DNA of 56,740 nucleotides, filler included, from Bipalium vagum (taxonomy: Eukaryota): the NCBI GenBank assembly GCA_037834085.1. It is 3 parts of 3 records of this genome, joined end to end, with 100 filler letters (N's around TTAATTAATTAA, not from the genome) between each part and the next. Parts side by side here need not be neighbours in the genome. Positions count along the whole stretch, not along the records: positions 1 to 23,191 come from JBBMKC010212149.1; 2 more parts are not named here. One strand, given 5' to 3'. Positions 1 through 13,598 of this stretch are shown piece by piece. The position numbers were made by a program, and so were the translations under genes. Within the stretch, counting starts at the first letter, position 1, and the number at the start of each line of letters is the position of its first letter. The notes beneath the pieces are model-generated. The model was given only the letters and a program-made list of their open reading frames with translations. It was not told the DNA's origin and searched no databases.

Positions 1-143
1 GTTTAAGTATTTTTATTTTTATTGGATTAATAAAATTTTTGAAACTATGAGTGACTTTATTGAAATAGCTGCTAACAGATACGATTATTAATATATTTTT
101 AAATAAATATTTACAAGGGAAAATTTTTAAATCGAAGAAAAAT

Positions 144-2000
144 TTGATGAGTGTGGTTAGAGGGTACCACAAAATGATGAAACCCGAAGGGCAAAAGAAG
201 GTAAAAGAAAAGAAGGCAAAACGCAAGAGATTACATCAATATTACGGATGTAATAAGGAGGATCATTTAGCTCGAAACTGTACAGCAAGGAGACAAATAG
301 AATGCTGGACCTGTTCGGGTCAGGGACACATTAGCAGGGATTGTACAAAGAAGAAAGCTCCAGTATGTTTTGTGTCATATTAGGAAGAACTTCTCAAATT
401 ATAAAGTGTAGGAGGTGCAACAGGAACGGACATAGTGAAAGGGAATGTTATAAGAATCTTTACGATTTTAGGGATCCTCAAGCACAGAGGTCCAGAGAAA
501 GTATATCGAAGGAATATTTTAAAAATAAAATAAAAATATTTAAAAGAAAAATATTTTAAAAGAAAGTAGGCGTTGATAGACTGGTCGAATATGAAGAAGA
601 GCAAAAAAATTATCCAAAATACAGGACCTTATATTATAACGTCGTCAGCGATGATTCCAAAAGGGGCGTCCAGTTCGAAGATGAATGGTGGACGAAAGTG
701 TGGAAATTCATGAATAAAGATTTTAATGAAGTGGAGGATGCTGAGGAGGTAAGAGCTGTAACTGAAGAAGGAGATTTCTTTTTATCAGACAGAGTGATAA
801 ACGGCACACCAAATATAACGGTGGAGATTCAAGAGTTTGTGGAAAGAGTGAGAAGAAATTAATATGGACACTTGAGATGAAAAAAGCATTGACATTGGGG
901 TTCCTCGATATTAAGAATGAATTTATTCTAGATAGAGATGCGAGCTTTGACACAATAGGAGCAGTTTGATCGCAACTGGACAAAAATTGAAAACGAACGA
1001 GTTATATATGGTAGCTGTGGTGATTAGAAAGTTTTAAATAATTTTAATTAGTTTAAATATTTATTATTTAAATTAAATAATTAATTTGTCTCAATAATTG
1101 TTATATTAAGATATATAAATTCGAAATTACTCTTGATAACTTATCAACTGATATAAATGTAACTAACAGTGATCAAGAAAAAAGAGGCCGGGTATGAATA
1201 AAGAAGTAAAAATACTTATACATCGAAAAGTAAATTGCTAATATATTATATAATTATTATTTAAAAACATGTAAATACAGTATATTATGAATAGCAGCAT
1301 ACTGAACATTCGATATGTTACAGGAGGTGTTGAAAGTGTTCACCATGAACTTTGTTACACAATTTAGCACGTCTCTGCATGTTTTCGAAGACTTTTGAGA
1401 GTTTACGTACCATATAAGATGTAGCATACGCCTCTCATACCACGAGCAGCCATGAAATTGGTTACTGTATTACTCGAAAGGAAGTGTTGGCCATTTATTA
1501 CTTTTGTAGTCAATTTCAACATTATTTCAGACTGAGAACGGACCATAAAGCAATCACCTTCATGATGAGTACGAAAAAGCGATCACGTTGCAATTACTTG
1601 AACAGTCTAGAAATTAATTTCGAATATAGAAAGGGAACAATACATACGAACTCGTATTTTTTATCTAGGCTAAGATGCAAAAACATGTACGCACTGTAAA
1701 ATTAGCGGGTGAGGAGACGAAGAAGAGAAAAATGAAATGAATGGATACAATAAGCGCACAAAACTTTAAAGATGCAGAAAAGAAATTGATATGGCATGTT
1801 CATGGAGAGTTGGCTCATGAAACATGTGAAACATGATATAAATGGTTTGTGGAGTAAAGTACGCAGGTTATTGTCAAGGTGCGAAGCGTGTCAGCAGTCT
1901 AAAATGGTTATATCGGCAACAAAAGAGGCCACAGTGAAATTAGAAGCATCTGAGATGTTTGAGAACATTTATGTCGACATCTAACGGAAACAAGGAGGAG
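144..2000 (+). mobile_element. Decayed Ty3/gypsy LTR retrotransposon internal region (gag zinc knuckles, RNase H, integrase N-terminus)
   Basis: Gag CX2CX4HX4C knuckles (CWTCSGQGHISRDC, CRRCNRNGHSEREC and a mutated YYGCNKEDHLARNC) lie at 240-450. RNase H motifs FILDRDASFDTIGAV*SQ (~920-980) and VAYASHT..HEIGYCITRKEVLAIYYF..RTDHKAI (1421-1560) follow. The integrase zinc-binding CEACQ and FENIYVDI lie at 1880-1981. Domain order is gypsy-type, with stops, frameshifts and the RT core missing. Confidence 0.85.
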
Positions 2001-2958
2001 GAAAAAATATTTTTAGTTCAAATTTTAAATGAAGATGGTACAATAAATGTTGTTAACTTTTTTATAAAAAAAATCAATTTTATAAAATTAGATTGAGGTC
2101 TATGTTTGAAAAGTTTTTTTTAAGTAATTGGGTTTAAAGAAATATGTTATTATTGCTTTGATCTTATATCATTATTAAAAATGACTGCACAAGAATATAA
2201 CTCACATAAAGAATAAAACTAAAATTACATAATGTTCATATATTAAAGATTTGTTTTTCTGCTGTTTGTGCTTGGATTAAATGATTGAAATTTAATTCCT
2301 CTTCTTTGTTTTTGACCTCCCTCCATATTGTTAATTTAGTTGAATCGTGATATACTGAGAGTAGTATCACTTTTTAATTAATCACGTATAATTTGATTGA
2401 AGATTCAAGTGGTTCATCTTAAGAACAATTTAAATCTAACTTTTTAATCGGTTTTGCCTGGGTTTTGGATAAAGTGAGCAAGGTATATACTTTATTATAT
2501 TATAAATATTTATCTTATAATACATGTAACTATTTCAAAATTACTGATAATTGTTAAAGGGTTGTGGTCCAACTCCAACAATAAAAGATAAATTCGATTC
2601 CAAGTTCAGATGTACAATAAATTAAATAAGCCCACAAAAAGTCTAAGTTCCCATACTAACTTAGTGTTAAAGAAAAGGTAAATCTTCTTAAGACCTTATT
2701 TCCATCGCAGTAACCTGATGCAGGGACATTATATGGATGTATTCGAATTCCAAAGTGACCATCAGTTTTGAAGGGAGCTTCAAAATCCCGACCAACCCAG
2801 TTTGGAGTCACTGACTCTACCGGTATCTTCCCACGGTGTGGTCATCGGAGTCATCACTTCACATTAGTGTCATGAAGGAAAGTACAATCTAACCCGCAGT
2901 AATCAGTTTTAAAGAACCTTGCACCACTAAGATAGATTCGGTTGTATTTTTAGAGTAT

Positions 2959-3645
2959 TGTTACGCTATTATTTTACTATAAGCACCGTCGTTACACTTA
3001 GCTCACAAAATTTACTGACCCCTTCACTTTTGTCAATACTTGTGCGCAAATGAATGAATCAAAACAACTGCAAACAACACTTTATTACTAAAATAACAAT
3101 AACAAATGCAATGTATCAAATAGTCAATAAAATGTCTTCAATCAAATGTTCAATAGTCAATCACACTAAAAACCAAATAATAATGATCAATTGAATAATT
3201 AAATCAAATATCAATTAAATGTCAATTAATTAAAAAAACAAAAAAACAAACTGACGATACTCTCATCAGTAGTGACGACGACATGTCCAAATGGTAGTTT
3301 GCTGATCCCAATCCGGCGGATTCCAACTCCTTATATACTATTCTGGTCAGACGATCAATCAGTCGTAGACCAGTTTATCAATGAGGAATGTCAACTCCCT
3401 TTTTAGCTCGTTCATTCTAAATCGGTCTCTCCTTGCGGACCCTGATCTAATCTTGGCAATTTAGGTTCGTCATTGTCAAGATTAGATCTTTTTTAGGAAA
3501 TAATTAATTACGCCTTTTCTTGCTTTAATTAATGTTATACTTTTTAATGAATTATTATTATTATTTTACCCCTGATTCTTTTGCGGTCTTAATAATTAAT
3601 TTATAATTATGATAAATAATCTAGACCATATTGCGGTCTCTAACA
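2959..3645 (-). mobile_element. Probable solo LTR
   Basis: Termini are TGTTA...TAACA. On the minus strand a TATA-like TATATAAGG (~3330-3338) is followed by AATAAA (~3080-3085), in the expected U3-R-U5 order. No clean 4-5 bp target-site duplication. Confidence 0.45.
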
Positions 3646-4291
3646 TATTCTTTTTACAAGGATTTACAGGGATGTGTCATTGGCTAATCCAACATTATCT
3701 TAATTAATATTTATCATATAAAGGAGTCACCAGACTCTTAAAACTCGATGGAATATTTTCCTTATATGGAAATTAATGTAATTGGTACAATTTTTCTTGT
3801 TAATTGTTAAAATAACAAATGGCTCGAACTTGTGTTTGTTCTTGATCTATAATTGATTTCGGTGTCTTGACAGTGCACTTCTATAATAGAATTAATTAGA
3901 AATAAGTCACTTCAATTCTTTAAGACAAATAATTTGAGTCACAAGGTTCAAATTTTTAGTTTATTGCAGTTAAATTCTTTTTCTTTAAAATAATATAGTT
4001 AAGCTTACATAACCTATTAACTAGATCTTAATATAAAGTAACGTTAAGATGAATAAGATAAATTAATATTTCATTAATGGTTCAGGATTTGTAAAAATTG
4101 GTTTTATTACTGTTATTCTTGTTATAATATTTCATAAACTGAAAGTCCAGAAAAGAATATAAATCACATTTGCTTTACTATTTAAAATTAAAAGAATTAT
4201 ATCTCATTTTTAATGAAAAAGTGTGAATCACATTATAAATTTATACTTTTCTTTTTGATATATAATTTATATATAATTTTATATCATTTAG

Positions 4292-4474
4292 AAAATTTTC
4301 TGTCAGGATTACTAAAAAGATGCGATATTCACATGACTCTCGGAAAGTATCTTTAAATTAAAATTCACTTTAAATATATATAATTCTTATTAAGGTTTAA
4401 TTTAAATTTAAAAAGATACTTTCCGAGAATCATGGGCTTATTGAATCTTTTTAATAATCCTGACAGAAAATTTT
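4292..4474. repeat. Long inverted repeat (foldback/MITE-like hairpin)
   Basis: Arm 4292-4354 is the reverse complement of arm 4412-4474: 63 bp, 7 mismatches, no gaps. The 57-nt AT spacer is itself partly self-complementary. Confidence 0.92.
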
Positions 4475-4584
4475 TAAAATTTTTATATAATTTTATATAA
4501 AATTTTAATTTAATCACTCATTTGTTTAAACACGTTTCAAAGTTTATTATTTTCGAAATTATATATTGTAATTTGGAAGCCATT

Positions 4585-6004
<1,420 letters not shown>

Positions 6005-6098
6005 AATTACATTTTTAATGTAAATAGTAAAAACGCGAGCTGGCAGCGCAGGAATTCTGAAGTTTTCGTGTCAATTTTTGTATTATGTTAATTTTATG

Positions 6099-6104
6099 AA
6101 TAAA
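6099..6104 (+). promoter_or_regulatory. Putative polyadenylation signal of RBBP4
   Basis: AATAAA ~95 nt after the stop codon, followed by T-rich sequence. Confidence 0.5.
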
Positions 6105-6929
6105 GTTTTTACGAATAATTAATGCTTTTTATTTGTCTCAAGAAATACTGATGTTTGAGCGTTAAGTTTTTAACTAAGAATGATATTGCTTACGTCAAAT
6201 ATTTCAGGTTACATTATCATGAGTATTTACTATAACAGTGTAATGACAGTTGCCAATTTATTTTTATAATCACGATAATCTACAATTTTTTTTATAATGT
6301 ATACCATATTTCCGGACGGAGGGAGTATAATTTTATAAATCTTTATTACTTAATTATTAATCCTGATAAAATTTTTATGGCAGTCATTATTTTTCATTTT
6401 CATATTGTGCCAAAAAAATTTGTTTCAGGTGTAATAAAACGTTAAGAAGCTGAAAAATTCTTTTGTAATTATCGAAAAATTATTTTATTAACCAAGCAAA
6501 TTAGTATCTGACTCCTAGAGGGTTCACCAAGCAATAAAAAAATTCTTAAGTCTAACTTAAATCATTAAAAAAAACAAAGATGATCAAATCAGTAGTTATC
6601 TCACGTTTTTTACAATTCTATGAAATGTCGGTTGCTAAACAGCACAATACTCCGCAATGTTTAAACATCCCTTAAAAAGAAACGCTCATGTTACTGAGTG
6701 CTGACTGCAGCTCTGGTCCCACGAAGGTTGCTTTGATCTATTAGAGCACTCAAACATTCAGAGCTCGATATGGATCCAATCAATTCTTGAGATGAATGAT
6801 CGAATCACATTTTAAAATAATTTTTGAATATTTATTTCTGAAGTGTATCTCTGCTTTCAACTTATATTCAAATATATCTTTAAAAACTTTAGTACAAACT
6901 CTGCGCTCTCCAGTTCTGAGAGCCCATTA

Positions 6930-7146
6930 CATCAGGTTGTGTAGTATGAAATTTGTAGGTAATGAAGTTGCCAACTTTAATTGTTGCTTATTTGTTATCG
7001 ACTTGATATTTTACCATTCTGTTTTTTGCGTTGGTAAATTATATATCTGTCTTATTTGAAAATATCATTTTAATCTGATAAAGTAATGTAATTTATTAAT
7101 AAACTTTGTTTTTCATTTTACAAATTTCATACTACACAACCTGATA
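6930..7146. mobile_element. Mariner-type MITE (217 bp)
   Basis: Perfect 27-bp TIRs ATCAGGTTGTGTAGTATGAAATTTGTA (6931-6957 / 7119-7145), flanked by TA at 6928-6929 and 7147-7148, with a non-coding AT-rich interior. Confidence 0.88.
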
Positions 7147-7439
7147 TATTTCATGCCACTATACACATTTTTTTCTCCTGACTTTCTGGCAGAAGGTAAA
7201 AGAGAAATGAAATGCAAATTGCACTAGATGGTTTATCGTACCTTTCTACATTCAAGAAATCCGGACATGAGAACAGTATTATCTCGGTCTGAAAATAATC
7301 CCATTTTATTTGGTCTAAATATGTAGCCCGCTATATTTTGAAATTTTATACAATTATATTTTTAAAAAAAATTTACAAGCTTAACTGAATCAATAAACAG
7401 TCATTGTTTATTGCCCTAAAATTATTACTTTGGGGCATG

Positions 7440-8312
7440 ATCACCATATTTATTAATGTATTCCACAATTCTTTCAGGTATTTTATATCATTATATTCTG
7501 AATTTTTTCTTGTGGCATAGAAATCTGCACATGCTGTATTCTGTCTGAAAGTTTGCTCACATTAACGCCGGATACCTAGTAATTATTCTTTAAGTGAACT
7601 TCTATTTTATCTCACAAATGTTCAATTGGGGACAAGACTGGGGATCTTTGCGGGCGATAGAAGAACTTCAATTGTAAATATTTCTAACATCACAACTCTG
7701 GCTTTATGAGGTCTGGTAATGTACTGTTGTAAAGTCAGATTATTCTCTCCATCAATTTATAAAATGTGGCAAGAAAATTTCATTTAAATATAGCTTGCCT
7801 GCCATCGTAACAATTTTCTGTACTAATATTCCACTGGAGTAACTATAGTGTTCTGGAATGCAGCGATCGACATAGGGTTCGGTTTTAATTATCTAACTCA
7901 AATCATGCCATAGTGAAAATTTTGCGTAAATTTTACTTCGTCGGTCAATTAGAAATTCTGCCGTTCATTAACTCAATGTTGATGCTCACTAGCACCTTGT
8001 AACCTATCTATTCTGTGACAATGTCCAATAGAAATTCTAATGACAGGATAGCAAGATTTGTATCCACTAATCTTCTTACAGTACGTCAAACTTAAAGTTC
8101 TTACACTTAAAATCAAAGATGATTTTTGCTTTACTGTAGTTTTGGAAGGAGTTAATTCAATTTTTTCAATTTGAACAATATTCTTAATTGATTTGTGAAA
8201 TATTTATTATATAAATAAATTATCGCAATATAATGCATATTAATCGGAAAAATTATTTTATTTTAAAAGTTAAAACATGGACACAATGAGTAATTTTTTT
8301 GGCTATCAGTGT
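7440..8312 (-). mobile_element. Degenerate Tc1-like transposon
   Basis: The minus strand at ~7610-7660 reads PQRSPVLSPIEHL*, a decayed WPxxSPDLxPIEHLW DDE motif. A TA-CACTG-type end lies near 8310. Boundaries are approximate. Confidence 0.6.
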
Positions 8313-8919
8313 ATTTTATTAATTCAATTATTCTATCATTGTATTCATTATCTGAAAATTATCACAGATAAAATTAGTATTTTTAATCAAAAATTGCAAC
8401 AAATCAACGTCAAACATATTTAGCAAATAAAAACAAAAAAAAACGATTCAAAATATATTTCAAAATTAAATTTATGACAATAATTAAATGGTTTTGTCTC
8501 TTTCTAGAAGTTCGAGCCTTGATTCAATTTGAGACTTAATATTAAGTAAGTCGCTGTAGCTGACAAGAGAGATTAGCTGACCAATCGCAGAGGCAATGAC
8601 ACCAGTCTGAACAAGATCAATCCATGAAAAATTAATAGCATTAAATGGTAAAATATATAATCAATTTCCTAAAAATGGAGATAAATTGTAATAACATTTG
8701 AAACGAGATTTTATGCAATGCAAATTTGAGAATAACAAAAAAAACTAAAACTTTCTCCACCATGAAAAGGGCAGAGTACAGTCGAACCTGCATGAAAGAG
8801 ATTTGGTGCAGACCGTACAACGACTGTTTGCAGGAGGTTATTGATTATTATTATTATTCAATAGCGAAAACATTGCTTGAGAAGGCTGGATATTTTGTGA
8901 GGTTTATATAAATCATAAA

Positions 8920-10785
8920 TATCTCAGGATTCTAGATAAAACTTCATAAATAACAATCTTTGTGTGAAGGATAAAGAACATTCAGACCGTTTTTCCAAAT
9001 TTGAAAACCAAAGATTTACTAAATTTATTCGATTTTCGCAGCTACTCTCCACATACCAAACAATTAATAATTTTTTTTCACATGGATTGTAAAATGTATC
9101 CATCCAGCAACCTCCCTGATTGTAATTCGATGGTTTTCAATTTTCTTTCTGCATTTATTCCACGTTTTTATCGTCAATTGAAGCTTTTGGTCTCCCAGCT
9201 CTTTCGTCATCTTCAACTGATTCACGGGCATCTTTAAAGCGTTTATACCATTTTTAAATAGCTCGCTTTTTCGAACTTGATTCGCAAAATGACTTCTGCG
9301 TCATTTTCTTAACTTCAAGACACTTTAATTGATTCCCAAAACTTTATGTACAGGGTGCGTTAGCTATTTGAGGACAAAAAATGATATTAAAGTTAAGTGA
9401 TATTTTTAATGAAAAGAATGTATATTTTTAAGCAATATTAGACACTTTATTTGTTTTAAGTACACAAGTTTTATTTATTTAATAAAATCGCCTTCAGTGT
9501 CAATTACAGCTTCAAGACGGCTAATGAAAAGCTTACAAGCCGCAATCAAATGGTTTCATAGCAGAACTTATAGAAGCTCGTAATGAATCTATGGTATTAT
9601 GAGGATGTTTGTTCGTCTCCTAATCTACGACGCTCCATACGAAATAGTCCAAAGGATTTAAATCGGGTGAGCTAGGTGGCCATAAGTTTTGAGTGACATG
9701 GTCGTTAAAATTTAGCGATAGCCATTTTTGTGTTTTTAATGCTGTATGGCAGGGAGCTGAGTTTTGTTCCACGAGTAACTTTTTCAATCCAGGGCTTCAC
9801 ATATGTATCTCTACACTCGATATAAAGATGCATTAATTCTAAGTCCCCGTGGAAAGAAATATAGAGGCATAACATGACCTTCGTTGCTCACAACACGAAA
9901 TGTAATTAAAGATGATGGAAACTTCAGAAGCAATGGAGCACAGCCATATATCGTTCCTCTTATTAACATTTTGATCTTGAGTAAAAAGTTTTTCACCAGA
10001 AAAGAACCATAGCATGTTTGGATGCTTGATTTTGTTTAAAAGACACTTCGAGAGGATTAAAGGATTTTCTCTGCTTTTTGCCAATATACAATGTATTCTT
10101 ATCATGAAGTAGGACTTGCATTTTAAACCATTGTGTACGTTCGTCTTACTGTTGACTGAGAACCCGATAGTCGATAGGCAATTTCTCTCATTGATGTATC
10201 GGGACTTTCATGAACAACATCCTGGACTTTTTGAACAAAATTAACATTTCTGACAATGTATGAACATGAGGAATGTGTTTTTCTTTTAGATATAGAGGAA
10301 GCATTTCGATCAGATGCCAAACATTCCTTTCTAATTCTATTGACAAACGATCAGGCCACATTAAGAAATTTCTAAGTCACTGTGTCCGGTGGCTATAGCA
10401 ACAATACCTGCATGCCTTTTCATTTCTTGTGTTAATTCGAAACTTATCTCTTCCATTTCTAAATTAAGAAATAATTATTTAATGTTGCATCAAAATATTG
10501 CAAATCAATTTTAGCGCCACTAAAAATCATCATGATATATTTTAACAATTTTTGTTCTCAAATAGCTGACGCACCCTGTATATTCTTTGCTCTTGAATTT
10601 GAAATTCGTCAAATATACTGTAAAAAAACTATTGAAATGAATACTATATACTAAAATGAACATTAGATAATTTTAAACAAATGTCAAGAAACAATTAATA
10701 AATATGATAAATACAAAAAATGATCTATTTGGTAAATGTAGCCCGAAACTATAAAAAATTGCACAAATTTTTTGATCAACTCACG
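8920..10785 (-). mobile_element. Mariner 5' half, interrupted by a maT element
   Basis: Mariner-like terminus TA-CGTGAGTTGATCAAAAA at 10785. The minus strand reads EQRIYIKF (rejoined across the insertion), KWYKRFKDARESVEDDERAGRP and HRITIREVA. Confidence 0.8.
9351..10578 (-). mobile_element. Full-length decayed maT (DD37D-type) Tc1/mariner element
   Basis: 30-bp TIRs CAGGGTGCGTYAGCTATTTGAGRACAAAAA with 2 mismatches and TA on both sides. Transposase remnants WFFS(G)EKLFTQDQNVNKRNDIW and WPPSSPDLNPLDYFVW, with frameshifts. Confidence 0.9.
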
Positions 10786-12475
10786 TATATATGAATCAAA
10801 ATAATTTTAAATGACTTTGGACTGTAGTATGGTTTATATTTAACAAAACTCAATTTTCTTTTGTGGTTAAGAGGGTATTACTTGCAATCAGTGTATTGAT
10901 TTTGTCATTATAATTATATCCCGATCATAATCATGAAATATAAAGCTAAACATTATGCAAAAATACAATAGTTTATATTTGAACAATGTCTAATATTGTA
11001 GAGAATGGTACACACTCATAAATTTTTTAACTGTGAGCAAGTGCAACATATGTTTTGTTGACGGATTTTTTATTCAAAAAATGTAAAATTGAAAATATAG
11101 ATTTTATTGATTTACTTGCATTTTGGGCAAATCTCACTCACATAGATTTGTTTGTTATTAAGAACCACCATCAATTTTCTTGATCATTATGGGTATCGTC
11201 ACATCATTTGGGAGTCCAGAAAGTTCTGAGTCCACAGAGTTATATGGACACAACAAAATTGCAAAGACCATTTACAAATGATTTTAATTGATGAAGTTAC
11301 CATAATATTTTCTAAACTTTGATTTTGATTCCACCTCTTAAAAATTATGTTTATATTTTTCCTTTCTGATCATTTTTCATTGGTAAGCTTAAGCTGCAGG
11401 TTTTTGTAAAATCATTATATATTTACCTGAAATCTCAGATTTTATCTTTGGAATTTCCTCATATGCCCACACAAAATTTCACTATTTAAATCTGTTTAAT
11501 TTTTAAAGTACATAGGTTATCTGTGATATTTAACCGTAATATGTGTCATATCTTCTTGGAGGATTATAATTGTTTGTAACTGGAATGTAAAATGTATATA
11601 TAAATAAATCTAGTTAAAAAATTATTATGGAACATTTTCAAAATATACTAAAAAATTATGATTAATTATTTATTATAGAAAAAACTGAATTTATATTTTA
11701 GGAAAATATATTATATCTTAGTTAAAAATACAAATTTGGTATCATTAGAGAACCCCGTTTTACTCAGTATTTTCAAATTATAAAAAATAATTGAAACTTA
11801 TATTCAAGTGACCAGAAATCTGTACACAGCGATCTTGTACATAGAACATAAATATATAAATCTCCAAGTAAATAGAAAATTCAAGTTACCTTTTCAGTGG
11901 AGCTAATGGATCCATCGAACACTTGTCCAATACTTTCATGTTGTAGATTCGTCGAATTTTGTGATCTTTTTATTAAAAATAATTATAACAATAATACGAC
12001 TTAGATAACGTAAATATCTAACTGGATTAACGTATCATTCTCATTTAAAAACGTGGAATCCTCTTTAGATTGTACTAATATTGATTTTGTAGTATCTCCT
12101 GAGGTTATGGATTTTTGAGTTTCATTTTCAGTTTCAAGTGCGATGTACTTCTAGAATTTATTTTTATTATTATATTTAATTATTTTTGTATTTAAAAACT
12201 TTTTTGTAATTATGAGTTATGAAATTTACAATAGTTTAATCTCAACGTACACATAGTAGCTCTAAAAATATAATTTGGAACGACTCTGCTTAGAATCTTT
12301 TATATATAATGTGTTAAATTCACTTTTTTCTGTTTGTGAATTATTGACATTTATAGACTAGAATAAATATTTTGAGCCTTTATAATTTCTTGGTAAAAAA
12401 ATTGAAAATTATTAAGTATTTCATAGATGAAAACCAGTAATTTTTACTAAGACATTAGTAATGACAATGATAATA

Positions 12476-13592
12476 TTATTATGTTAAGTTAGAATCGCGC
12501 GTTTTGATGAATAACATTTATTATTGTATAAGCCACCAACAAATCGCACATTTTAAATTTTATCATATATATTTTTTCTCATTTCTAATATTTTATTAAT
12601 ATTACCTTTCATTTCATTCATTTTTAGTTGGTAAATAAGCTTAGAGATATGGATGATAATTCGCATTTACACGTATTATGATTTTAGACAAGGGAAGACT
12701 GTCGCAGAATAATACCGAGCAAAATGCGATATATATGGTGATATTGTTATTAGTAATAGTCAATGCAAGAGATTGGTTTCAATAATTCAAACATGGAAAT
12801 ATAGATCTGAATAATAATCAGCATGGAAGACGTTCTCAAGCAATGAATGTTAATGACTTAAAAGAAATCATTGAATCAAATCCCCGAATATCTGCTTGAG
12901 AACTTTCTCAGAGGTTCAAATGCACTCACGTGGTCCCATGAAAATTATTTACATTCAATTAGCGAAATAAATGGATGTAGCAAAAATGGATCCCACATCA
13001 ACTTAGTCTTGAAAACATGGCAGTACGTGTTATCATGAGTCAAATGTTATTTCGCAAATCCAAGGATAGTACTTTCGTTGAGACAAGCCTTACATCTCAA
13101 TGTTGTATGTGATGGGACATGAATGGTTCACTTTACTTTGAAGTGATGAATTCTATTCAGATAATCACAGGTCTGGATATGGAACAATTAGATCGCAGAT
13201 ATCAGCCGCTTCAATTACAGTGTTCAACTTTATACAGGATAACTCTCGACAACATGTAGTAAAATTGTTCAGGAAAATATTAAAGAAATTGGTTGAAAAT
13301 TTTTGCCTCATCCGCCATATAGTCATAATTTGGTTCCATCGGACTAATACTTATTCAGGTCAATGCAATACTGGTTGACTGGAAAAAATTCAAAATGCTG
13401 AAGAATTAAGAATTTTGGTGTCCGAATACTCCCTATTCTAGGAAACAAAAATCTTAGAGAATATTATTCGTTTTCTTTGTGAACGATGGCGAAGAGTGAT
13501 TGACATTGGTGGAAATCGTCTTTTAGATTAATATAAATATTTTATGTTTTCCTGGTTTTAAATAAACGCCCATTTCTAACTTAACTACTTAA
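12476..13592 (+). mobile_element. Decayed mariner (DD34D) element
   Basis: Imperfect TIRs share GTTAAGTTAGAA..GCGTTT. Remnants include WFQ*FKHGNIDL, WIPHQL and HPPYSHNLVPSD*YLFRSMQ. Confidence 0.8.
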
Positions 13593-13598
13593 TTTTTA

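Noticed and set aside
8778-8830. TA-CAGTCGAACC, a Tigger/pogo-like terminus
   Set aside because: No partner TIR or transposase remnant found, and too short to call.
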